Below, in pieces: positions 1 to 8,149 of a DNA stretch of 36,329 nucleotides. This stretch comes from Candidatus Dojkabacteria bacterium (lineage in GTDB: Bacteria; Patescibacteriota; Dojkabacteria; B142; WJKM01). Under the pieces are notes generated by a model, which was not told where the DNA came from, searched no databases, and worked only from the letters and a program-made list of their open reading frames with translations. The stretch is taken from assembly GCA_020429465.1 (NCBI GenBank), contig JAGQLH010000002.1, positions 1 through 36,329 of the forward strand, given 5' to 3'. The stretch's first letter is position 1; every line of letters starts with the position of its first letter. A program made the position numbers and the translations under genes.

Positions 1-495
1 AATTCCTAGTATAGGTGTACATGAATGATCTTTCATAAGGGGATTGTTTTGGAATGATGTTCGTGCAAGTTCTAGGGAGCCATCTTCCAGTACCACAAGC
101 CATGCCCAGCCACTTCCAAATACTGTACTAGCTTTTTCAGTAAATTTCTTCTTAAATTCATCGAAACTTCCGAATGTAGAATTAAGAGCATCGGCAAGTG
201 ATCCGGTTGGTTCTCCGCCTCCATCAGGACTCATAACTTCCCAGTAAAGAGAATGATTAGCATGTCCACCACCATTGTTAGTGACTGCTTGTTTTTTATC
301 GTCAGGTAGTTTGTCTAAACTAGTGAGGAGTTCATGAATATTCATAGAAAGAAAGTCATTATGTCCTTCGAGTGCAGAATTGAGATTATTCACATACCCT
401 TGGTGATGCTTAGAATGGTGAATTTCCATTGTTTGTGCATCAATATGTGGTTCAAGTGCATCATAATCATAAGATAAATCGGGAAGTGAAAACAT
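1..495 (-). CDS. sodA: Superoxide dismutase, Fe/Mn family with Mn-type signature. N-terminal 165 aa only; the C-terminus runs off the left window edge.
   Basis: Absent from the ORF track because it is open at the edge. My minus-strand translation from ATG 495..493 reads MFSLPDLSYDYDALEPHIDAQTMEIHHSKHHQGYVNNLN...NNGGGHANHSLYWEVM...FGSGWAWLV. GGAGG Shine-Dalgarno at 507..503, 7 nt upstream of the ATG. Confidence 0.9.
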   Translation of the reverse strand, partial: MFSLPDLSYDYDALEPHIDAQTMEIHHSKHHQGYVNNLNSALEGHNDFLSMNIHELLTSLDKLPDDKKQAVTNNGGGHANHSLYWEVMSPDGGGEPTGSLADALNSTFGSFDEFKKKFTEKASTVFGSGWAWLVVLEDGSLELARTSFQNNPLMKDHSCTPILGI

Positions 496-548
496 ACGTT
501 GTCCTCCGTAAGAAATAATAGTAATTCGCTAGTACTATCATAACATAC

Positions 549-1445
549 CTAAATAGCCTCCACTTTTGGTCGTTTTCGGAGTGTGAGTATAATCAGGGAA
601 CCAAGAACGATACAAGCACCAAGTAATTGGGATGGGGTAAACGTCTCACCAAAGAAGAAGAACCCTAAGATTCCTGCAATAATTATCTGGGAAAAGCCAA
701 TAATACTTGCAGCCTGAACGGTAATAAGATTGAGTGCTTTAGCAATAGCAATAAATGGTATGAGTAATCCTACTGTTGAGGTATAGACGGCTAAAGAAAC
801 ATCATTAAATGAGAAATCAGTAAAGGGAATAGCATCCGTAATAAAGAACATGAGAGGAGTGAAAATAATTGCTCCGATTGAAACAAAGAGAGGGACTAAT
901 CTATCTGGATAGTGTATTGAAATTGTTCTCATGGTAAAAATATTCACAGCATTAGTTGCAAATGCACAGAACGCAAATATCATACCAAGAGAGATGCCAC
1001 TGTTATGTTTGATCATTCCAGCAATATCAAGGAAGAGTATAAGTCCAATCATCCCCAGGATAGCAATGAAAATGTTTTGCGGAGAAAATGGTTCTTTGAT
1101 GACTAATGGAGCAATGAATACAATAACCAGTGGTATCGATGAGAGGATAAGTGTTGTGGCTCCAATAGGGAATGTCACATCAGATAATGCAAGAAATCCA
1201 AATATTCCTAAAGCCGACTGTGTAATCATGAACGGAACTGTTTTTTTGTTGAATACAATTTGTGAGAGTAGGAATTCTCTTTTGCTCACAGCATAATATA
1301 TAGTGTAGAGAAGTATTCCAAGTACATTTGAGAAAATAAGAAATGAAAAAACGTTCGTATCTAGAAATCGGGTAATAACCCCAAGAGTAGCCCAGCAGAA
1401 GTTTGCTAACAGTGCAAAAGCTATACCTTTGTTTTCTATCTTCAT
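549..1445 (-). CDS. EamA/DMT-superfamily permease, about 10 TM helices
   Basis: Uniformly hydrophobic ORF with two EamA-like halves. The start MKIENKGIAFALLANFCWA (ATG 1445..1443) is preferred over the ORF-track start at 1484, which adds 13 junk-like residues. Substrate unknown. Confidence 0.75.
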   Translation of the reverse strand: MKIENKGIAFALLANFCWATLGVITRFLDTNVFSFLIFSNVLGILLYTIYYAVSKREFLLSQIVFNKKTVPFMITQSALGIFGFLALSDVTFPIGATTLILSSIPLVIVFIAPLVIKEPFSPQNIFIAILGMIGLILFLDIAGMIKHNSGISLGMIFAFCAFATNAVNIFTMRTISIHYPDRLVPLFVSIGAIIFTPLMFFITDAIPFTDFSFNDVSLAVYTSTVGLLIPFIAIAKALNLITVQAASIIGFSQIIIAGILGFFFFGETFTPSQLLGACIVLGSLIILTLRKRPKVEAI

Positions 1446-1567
1446 AATGATAGTTCGGATATATAAAGTGGTTAAATGATACAAGAATGAAGACCGAAAG
1501 GAAAGAAATAAACCTAGAATCTTCTGATATAATCAACTAATTACAGAATTTACTAACTATTTATTCA

Positions 1568-2341
1568 ATGAGTAACGTTTCGCTTCGGTTTACAGAATTA
1601 GAAAAATACGGTGTCTGGAAAGACTATAGAAATAACTATCCAGGTGGGTTTGGTTGGAGGGGTGATCGGGCATTAAGCAATGTTGAACACCTTGTAATTC
1701 ACCATTCCGTTACTACCAAAACACGAAATGCAGATAATGATATTGCAAAGATAGCAGCAGAACATATTGATGTGAGAAAGTGGGGAGGTATAGGGTACAA
1801 CATTGTAATTACGTCAGAGGAAAGAAATGGCTATGCAGTAGTAGGATATGTTGGAGATATGGGATCAATCCGAGCACATACCCCAAACCTAAAAGGGGTG
1901 TTTGGAATTCCGGCACGACAAGGAAATGTATATCTTGCTGGAATTTGTATTGTAGGTGATTTTAGAGATCAAACGCCATCTGAAGCCCAATTACGTTCTG
2001 TTCATAGAGTTTGCCATGATTTAATCTATGCGGACGGGCGTTTTCCTAAATTGAAGAGCTGGGATAATCTTAGAATGCATAAAGATTTTGATGCGACTGC
2101 ATGCCCGGGTGATTTTGCAGCGTACCGACAACTTATTATTGATCCACCAAAGCCAGAAGTTGCTTCACTTTCAGAGTATGAATCGGTACTCAAAGCTGCA
2201 AAGGATTGGAATGAAGCAGTTGGAGCAAAATATGGAGAAAAAATTCTTGGACGTGTGGATGATTCAAATCTTTCTCGAAATGATTTACTAATTGCTCTCT
2301 ATCGATATACACAATATCTTCGAAGAAGCCCTGTGGTATAG
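1568..2341 (+). CDS. N-acetylmuramoyl-L-alanine amidase, Amidase_2/PGRP (T7-lysozyme-like) fold, with a ~75-aa C-terminal extension
   Basis: Zn-ligand pattern HLVIHHSVT ... GGIGYNIVI ... AHT ... MHKDFDATACPG is typical of Amidase_2. No N-terminal signal peptide is visible. Confidence 0.8.
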   Translation: MSNVSLRFTELEKYGVWKDYRNNYPGGFGWRGDRALSNVEHLVIHHSVTTKTRNADNDIAKIAAEHIDVRKWGGIGYNIVITSEERNGYAVVGYVGDMGSIRAHTPNLKGVFGIPARQGNVYLAGICIVGDFRDQTPSEAQLRSVHRVCHDLIYADGRFPKLKSWDNLRMHKDFDATACPGDFAAYRQLIIDPPKPEVASLSEYESVLKAAKDWNEAVGAKYGEKILGRVDDSNLSRNDLLIALYRYTQYLRRSPVV

Positions 2342-2478
2342 CTACAGTTGAGATCGTACATAGGTGAGTACGTTTTCCAGCTGTTCAGTTTGTCCAACTT
2401 CTTGTGCCATTGCAAGAAAATAGTTTTCAGTTTCTTCGCAATACATTCGGATTTATTAGGGAGAGTACTGATAGAGTA

Positions 2479-4383
2479 TTATGCGGGTATGATGCCACGG
2501 CTCAGTGATTCGATAATTTCAGGATTTACGAGTGTGGAAGTATCACCGAGTGAATCCTTTTCACCCATGGCTAGTTTTCTAAGAATTCTTCTCATAATTT
2601 TCCCTGAACGAGTTTTTGGCAGGTCAGGAACGATTTGTATTTTATCTGGGCGAGCTATTTTCCCAATTACGAGGGCAATATGATTCGTTAGTTCCGAAAT
2701 AAGATTTTCTTCGCTGTGGGTATCTTCAATACATTTCACGAATGCGTAGATGCCTTCTCCTTTAATTGAATGTGGATAACCAATTACTGCAGATTCAGAG
2801 ATGTCGGGATGAGAGTTTAATGCCTCTTCAATTTCTGCAGTACCCAATCTATGCCCCGAAACGTTTATTACATCATCAACCCTACCTATAATTTTAAGTA
2901 ACCCATCGGGAGATAATTTTGCACTATCACCGGTAAAGTAGGTACCTTTAAATCGAGAAAAATAGGTCCTTTGGAAACGTTGGTGGTCATTGTGAATAGT
3001 CCGTAGCATAGATGGCCAAGGATGTGCTATACAAAGAAATCCTTCTGTGTTTGGCGTAGTAATTTCAGCACCGTTTTCATCTAGAATGATAGGCATAATT
3101 CCTGGTAATGGATAGGCTGCATAGCCAGCTTTAGAAGGTGTAACTTGTGATAATGATGAGATGAGTATTCCTCCAGTTTCGGTTTGCCACCATGTATCAA
3201 CAATTTGGCAGTTACCTCCCCCCACAATCGTGAAATACCATTCCCAAGCGTCCTTGTTGATTGGTTCTCCAACACTCCCAAGTGTTTTAAGAGAAGTGAG
3301 ATCATATGATTTTACATATTCATCGCCAAAGGATTCTAATTTACGAATTGCTGTGGGTGACGTATAAAATTGGGTAACTTTATAATCTTGGCAAATATTC
3401 CAAAAACGACCCGGATCCGGGTACGTTGGGACACCTTCAAATAGTATGCTTTGAGCACCAGCAAGTAATGGACCGTAGACGATGTATGAATGACCAGTAA
3501 TCCAGCCAATATCTGCAGTACACCAATACGTATCATGTGGTTCATAATGAAAAACATTTCGGAAAGAGTATTCAGTATAAACCATGTACCCACCACAGGT
3601 ATGAACAATACCCTTTGGTTTTCCAGTAGATCCAGATGTGTAGAGAATAAACAAAGGATCCTCAGAATCCATTATTTCAGGGGGACATTCTGCTGGTTGA
3701 TTATCCATAAATGAATCCCAAAAAATATCTCGTTTTGGGGTCATAGTAACTTCTGAATTAGTCCTTTTATAAACAATAACATGTTCAACAGTCGTTGTTT
3801 TAGATGAAAGTGCGGTATCAACCATTTCTTTAAGAGGAATTTCTCCAGGACCACGGAATGCACCATCAGTTGTGATAACTAGTTTAGCTTCTGCATCAAT
3901 AATCCTATTCACAAGTGCTTCGGACGAGAACCCCGCAAAAACGACCGTATGAACTGCCCCTATTCGGGCACATGCAAGCATTGCAATAACCGCTTCTGGA
4001 ATCATAGGCATGTAAATACATACTCTGTCACCTTTTGTAATATTGTAAGACTTGAGGGCATTTGCGCATTTGCAAACAAGATCATAGAGTTCTTGATAGG
4101 TATAGGAACGAGAGATTTCATCAGGATTATTTGGGATCCATGTGTAAGCAACTCTATTTGAATGTTCTGGTAAGTGGCGATCTAAGCAGTTAACGGTGAT
4201 ATTAAGTTTTCCATTAACAAACCACGATATGGATGGAGTATCAAAGTCGTAGTCTAAAACAGTATCCCAAATCGAGTGCCATTCGAATGTTTGTGCTTCT
4301 TTAGCCCAGAATTTCTCTGGAGATTGTATGCTCTGATCAAAAATATTTTTATAGTCTGTAAAGGACGTGATTTGTGTAGTCAT
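2479..4383 (-). CDS. acs: Acetyl-CoA synthetase (AMP-forming)
   Basis: 634 aa. Motifs: FWAKEA...W, YTSGSTGKPKG (AMP-binding P-loop), WWQTETGG, YFTGD, GRVDDVINVSGHRLGTAEIE, LPKTRSGKIMRR. Confidence 0.95.
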   Translation of the reverse strand: MTTQITSFTDYKNIFDQSIQSPEKFWAKEAQTFEWHSIWDTVLDYDFDTPSISWFVNGKLNITVNCLDRHLPEHSNRVAYTWIPNNPDEISRSYTYQELYDLVCKCANALKSYNITKGDRVCIYMPMIPEAVIAMLACARIGAVHTVVFAGFSSEALVNRIIDAEAKLVITTDGAFRGPGEIPLKEMVDTALSSKTTTVEHVIVYKRTNSEVTMTPKRDIFWDSFMDNQPAECPPEIMDSEDPLFILYTSGSTGKPKGIVHTCGGYMVYTEYSFRNVFHYEPHDTYWCTADIGWITGHSYIVYGPLLAGAQSILFEGVPTYPDPGRFWNICQDYKVTQFYTSPTAIRKLESFGDEYVKSYDLTSLKTLGSVGEPINKDAWEWYFTIVGGGNCQIVDTWWQTETGGILISSLSQVTPSKAGYAAYPLPGIMPIILDENGAEITTPNTEGFLCIAHPWPSMLRTIHNDHQRFQRTYFSRFKGTYFTGDSAKLSPDGLLKIIGRVDDVINVSGHRLGTAEIEEALNSHPDISESAVIGYPHSIKGEGIYAFVKCIEDTHSEENLISELTNHIALVIGKIARPDKIQIVPDLPKTRSGKIMRRILRKLAMGEKDSLGDTSTLVNPEIIESLSRGIIPA

Positions 4384-4728
4384 AGCACAGTGTGTAGTGA
4401 TGAGAAATCATACAACCCAAATTCTCTTTTGACAAGCAGTTATGATAAAATACTCTAATTGAATAAAGAACGCGTCTGATTCCGATTACGTCACCGGAAA
4501 AATCATAATGATACGCAATGGGAAGAAAACTATAGTAGAACCCATCGGGTAAGCCCGAAATAGCTGTAATGAGTGTTCCTACTCGGTAGGAAAAGTAAGG
4601 TGGTACCACCTGATAAAGGTCCTTATCATGTTTTAGATATTTGTTTATCTAGTACTTGATAGGGACTTTTTTATTGTGAATTTTGATATCACGTTTTGTG
4701 ATTTCAAGTTTGTAAGCTTCTATCAATC

Positions 4729-5271
4729 ATGAAAATACAAAAACAGGCAAGACAGTTAATTGATAACAAAATTTATACTATTCGTAATCAACAAGTGATG
4801 CTGGATTCCGATCTTGCTGATTTGTATGGTATTGAAACGAAAGTACTTAACCAGGCTGTTTCAAGAAACAAAGAGCGATTTCCTGAAGATTTCATGTTTA
4901 GGTTAACTAGTAATGAGTTCGAATCTTCGAGGTCACACTTTGTGACCTCAACCAATCGGAAGGGAGGTCGTACGTATTTACCCTATGCTTTCACCGAACA
5001 GGGGGTCGCAATGTTATCAGGGGTCTTGAAAAGTAAACAAGCTATAGCAGTGAATATCACTATTATGCGGGCATTCGTTGCGATGAAACAGCTCCTGCTC
5101 TCTGAGTTTGAGATCAAAAACAGAATAGATATTTTGCAACTGCAACTCGAAAAATTAAAAAATACAACAAAAGACCAAGATACAAAGATTAATTTTATTA
5201 TTCAAGCAATCGAGAAAATGATAGAGGGAGAAGAGGAAAATACAAAAAAAATCGGCTTCGAAATTAATTAA
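4729..5271 (+). CDS. ORF6N-domain DNA-binding protein (phage antirepressor / KilA-N-related family) with a C-terminal coiled coil
   Basis: IYTIRNQQVMLDSDLADLYGIETKVLNQAVSRNKERFPEDFMFRLT ... GGRTYLPYAFTEQGVAMLSGVLKSKQAIAVNITIMRAFV matches the ORF6N family signature as I recall it. Confidence 0.8.
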   Translation: MKIQKQARQLIDNKIYTIRNQQVMLDSDLADLYGIETKVLNQAVSRNKERFPEDFMFRLTSNEFESSRSHFVTSTNRKGGRTYLPYAFTEQGVAMLSGVLKSKQAIAVNITIMRAFVAMKQLLLSEFEIKNRIDILQLQLEKLKNTTKDQDTKINFIIQAIEKMIEGEEENTKKIGFEIN

Positions 5272-5293
5272 ATTTATTTATTAGGTGAATCAT

Positions 5294-8041
5294 ATGTCAG
5301 AACTAGAAAAATTGCCAAAAGGAGCATATAAACCAAATGAAACAGAGAAAGAAATTCTCAAATATTGGTTGGACAATAAATTTTACTCTCCTGAATTTAC
5401 TTCGGAAGAAACTTTCTCTACTGCGCGTAAAGGGGAAAATCGGGAAACATATACCAATATACTACCCCCTCCAAATGCTAATGGGAATCTGCATCTTGGT
5501 CATATGTCAGGGTATGCATACCAGGATTTAATGGGACGATATCAAAGGATGAGAGGAAAGAAAGTACTATTACTTCCAGGAAAAGATCATGCGGGAATTC
5601 AGACTGAAGTTGTTTTTGAAAAAGAATTAGAAAAACAAGGAACATCTAAGCTAGAAATTGGAAGAGAGTCATTTTATGATAAATGTTTTGATTTTTGTAT
5701 GGAGAATGGTCGAATCGCTCGAGAACAAGAACAAAATTTAGGGCTTTCTGCAGATTTTGATAGAGAATTATTCACATTGGATCCGAATATTGTGGATGAA
5801 GTACTACAAACATTTGTAGATATGTATAACGATAAATTAATTTATCGGAGTAAACGACTCATCAATTGGTGTGTGCGATGTCAGTCAGCACTTGCAGATA
5901 TTGATACGGAGTATAAGGATTCTGAGACAGAATTTTTCTACTTTAAGTATGGTTCAACTTCTCCATCGGAATATGCACTCCATGTAAGGGATACCTACGC
6001 AGGCAAAGAAGTAGAAGTGAAAATTGAGAGATACAAAGGGATGGAATACACGGGGAAAGATGGGAAGACAATTGAGTGGGAATTTGATTACTATGGTGAA
6101 ATTGAGGGGGATATAAACCCAGCAGATGGAAAAAATCTTGATGTAATTTTATTAGGATTTGAAGAAGGGCTCAAACCAGGAACAGTTGTAAAAGGAAAAG
6201 CCGTCGGGATTATGATGAGGATGGATGGTGATTATAAATTGATGGTTATTAATGAAAATAATAAAGACCTGAAGATGTATAAGGAGTTTGGATGGCATTT
6301 TGATCATTTTTCTAAGTATTTTGCAGGTGTACATATTCGTGAGTTCGAGAAACAACCAGAAGACCATTACTATACTGATGGAGTAATACTCGGAACGGTA
6401 CGTCCAGAAACAAAATTTGGTGATACCGCAATTGCTGTTCATCCAGATGATAAACGTTACGAAGACTTGGTAGGAAAGGAGATGGAAGTAGCAACGCTTA
6501 ATGGTCCAGCTATGATTAAAGTTATCGCTGATGAATCAATTGATCCTGAATTTGGTAGCGGTGCGATGAAAGTAACACCAGCTCACGCACCTGATGACTG
6601 GGATATTGCTATGCGGCATCCAGAAGTAATGCCGGAGAAACAAGTAATTAATTTTGATGGTAAGCTCAATCATCTTGCGGGGAAATACGAAGGTATGGGC
6701 GTCAAAGAAGCTCGCGAAGCAATGATTCCAGATATGGAAAAATCAGGTATTCTCGTTCGACTTGATCGAGGTTATAAAAATAGGATTCAAATTTGTGAAC
6801 GATGTAAACATCAAATTGAACCACTCATTTCATACCAGTGGTTTTTGGATACAGCTCCTTTAAAGGCAAAAGCAAAGCAGCTGGTTCAAAATGATGTGAC
6901 AAATATAATGCCGGAAGGAAAAGAGAATGTGTATCTTAATTGGATGGATACTCCAGAAGACTGGTGTATTACCCGGCAATTGTGGTGGGGGTATAGGGTA
7001 CCTGTTTGGTACAAAGTTCAGCCGGAAGAATATATTACGGAAACGGGAGAGGTAAAAGAAAAAATTGGTGACAAAATCATTGAAAATTTGGATGATTATT
7101 CAGATATGATTCATGTGGGACAGGAATCTCCAGGTGAGGGATGGGTTCAAGATGAGGATGTTTTGGATACTTGGTTTAGTTCTGGACAATGGCCAGTAGT
7201 AACTTTGGCAGCTAATGGAGATGATTTTGCAGAATTCTATCCAACACAAGTTATGGAGACTGGATGGGATATTTTGATATTCTGGGTAACTCGAATGATG
7301 TTACTTTGTCCTTATAAAACTTCAAAACTCCTAGGGAAGGAATTCGATGATCTAAAAGAAGAGGATATCGCACCATTTAAAGACGTATACCTTCATGGAT
7401 TGGTGTTGGATAAGAACGGCTCGAAAATGAGTAAATCGAAAGGAAATGGAATTGATCCATTCGAAATGATGCAAAAATATGGGACAGATGCATTGAGGCT
7501 TAGTTTTATTGTGGGTAATAAAGTAGGTCAAAATTACAGACTATACGAAGAGAAAATTCAAAACTTTAGGAATTATTGTAATAAAATCTGGAATGTTTCT
7601 AAATTCACCCTCATGAACCTGGAAGGCTTTACTGCTTTGAGTATTGAGCGACCAGAATTACCATTTGAAAAAGAAGACCTTGAGATGCTCGAACATATTG
7701 AAACACTTGCTGCAGATTCTACAACAAGAATGGAAAGTTTCAACTTCGGTGTTGCAGCCAATGAACTTTATGAGTCTGTATGGCATACATTTGCAGATAT
7801 TTACCTAGAGCAGGTAAAGCAAAGGATTTATACGAAAGATCGTGATGGAAATCCAATAAACACAAGTAAAGAAGCTCAAGAATCCCGGAAAGCAGCGCAA
7901 TGGGTACTATGGAAATCACTCGATACCTATTTGCGATTATTACACCCATTTATTCCGTTTATAACAGAACGAATCTGGAAAGCATTTCCGAAAGTGGAAG
8001 GAGAATCTTCTACATTGCTTTATGCTCAATGGCCAAATTAG
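5294..8041 (+). CDS. valS: Valyl-tRNA synthetase, carrying an unusual ~140-aa insertion and lacking the C-terminal coiled-coil extension
   Basis: Class I motifs NLHLGH (HIGH) and KMSKSKGN (KMSKS); zinc knuckle WCVRCQSAL; editing-domain motifs TVRPETKFGDTAIAVHPDDKRY and GSGAMKVTPAHAPDD. ATG 5294 sits 5 nt after AGGTGA; the ORF-track GTG at 5285 lies inside that SD-like element. Confidence 0.95.
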   Translation: MSELEKLPKGAYKPNETEKEILKYWLDNKFYSPEFTSEETFSTARKGENRETYTNILPPPNANGNLHLGHMSGYAYQDLMGRYQRMRGKKVLLLPGKDHAGIQTEVVFEKELEKQGTSKLEIGRESFYDKCFDFCMENGRIAREQEQNLGLSADFDRELFTLDPNIVDEVLQTFVDMYNDKLIYRSKRLINWCVRCQSALADIDTEYKDSETEFFYFKYGSTSPSEYALHVRDTYAGKEVEVKIERYKGMEYTGKDGKTIEWEFDYYGEIEGDINPADGKNLDVILLGFEEGLKPGTVVKGKAVGIMMRMDGDYKLMVINENNKDLKMYKEFGWHFDHFSKYFAGVHIREFEKQPEDHYYTDGVILGTVRPETKFGDTAIAVHPDDKRYEDLVGKEMEVATLNGPAMIKVIADESIDPEFGSGAMKVTPAHAPDDWDIAMRHPEVMPEKQVINFDGKLNHLAGKYEGMGVKEAREAMIPDMEKSGILVRLDRGYKNRIQICERCKHQIEPLISYQWFLDTAPLKAKAKQLVQNDVTNIMPEGKENVYLNWMDTPEDWCITRQLWWGYRVPVWYKVQPEEYITETGEVKEKIGDKIIENLDDYSDMIHVGQESPGEGWVQDEDVLDTWFSSGQWPVVTLAANGDDFAEFYPTQVMETGWDILIFWVTRMMLLCPYKTSKLLGKEFDDLKEEDIAPFKDVYLHGLVLDKNGSKMSKSKGNGIDPFEMMQKYGTDALRLSFIVGNKVGQNYRLYEEKIQNFRNYCNKIWNVSKFTLMNLEGFTALSIERPELPFEKEDLEMLEHIETLAADSTTRMESFNFGVAANELYESVWHTFADIYLEQVKQRIYTKDRDGNPINTSKEAQESRKAAQWVLWKSLDTYLRLLHPFIPFITERIWKAFPKVEGESSTLLYAQWPN
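5948..6370 (+). other. In-frame insertion within valS encoding an inorganic-pyrophosphatase-like (family I PPase fold) module
   Basis: About 140 residues lie between FFYFKYG and VILGTVRPET, where canonical ValRS has about 8-15. The insert contains YYGEIEGDINPADGKNLDVILLGFEEGLKPGTVVKGKAVGIMMRMDGDYKLMVINENN, resembling the PPase core YGxIPxT..DGDPxDVLVL...PGxVv..rpiGvLxMxDe..xDxKiiaV. Assignment by eye only. Confidence 0.55.
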
Positions 8042-8149
8042 AATTTGAATGTATGGGTATTAGTAAATATGCTGTAATAGCATAAGTACAGATATTCCTG
8101 TATCTGTTGTAATATGTGTATGGGGAATTACCCATACATATATTGCAAC

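Noticed and set aside
44-247. 67-aa plus-strand ORF at the left edge
   Set aside because: It lies antisense to the clearly recognisable SOD coding sequence and has low-complexity, Ser/Pro-rich composition. It is a shadow ORF.
931-1296. 121-aa plus-strand ORF, together with the 118-aa minus ORF at 1180..1536
   Set aside because: It is antisense to or out of frame with the EamA permease gene. The permease frame has coherent TM periodicity; these do not.
2342-2410. 22-aa minus-strand mini-ORF (MAQEVGQTEQLENVLTYVRSQL) between the acs and amidase stops
   Set aside because: It has no SD and is too short to support. It sits in the convergent terminator region, and nothing indicates it is translated.
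4917-4925. GTTCGAATC, a tRNA T-loop-like string
   Set aside because: It lies inside the ORF6N coding frame, and no acceptor, D or anticodon arms can be built around it. I found no tRNA in any intergenic region.
8088-8107. 7-bp hairpin (acagata-ttcctg-tatctgt) after valS as a terminator
   Set aside because: The AT-rich stem is short and has no convincing T-run, so it is too weak to call.
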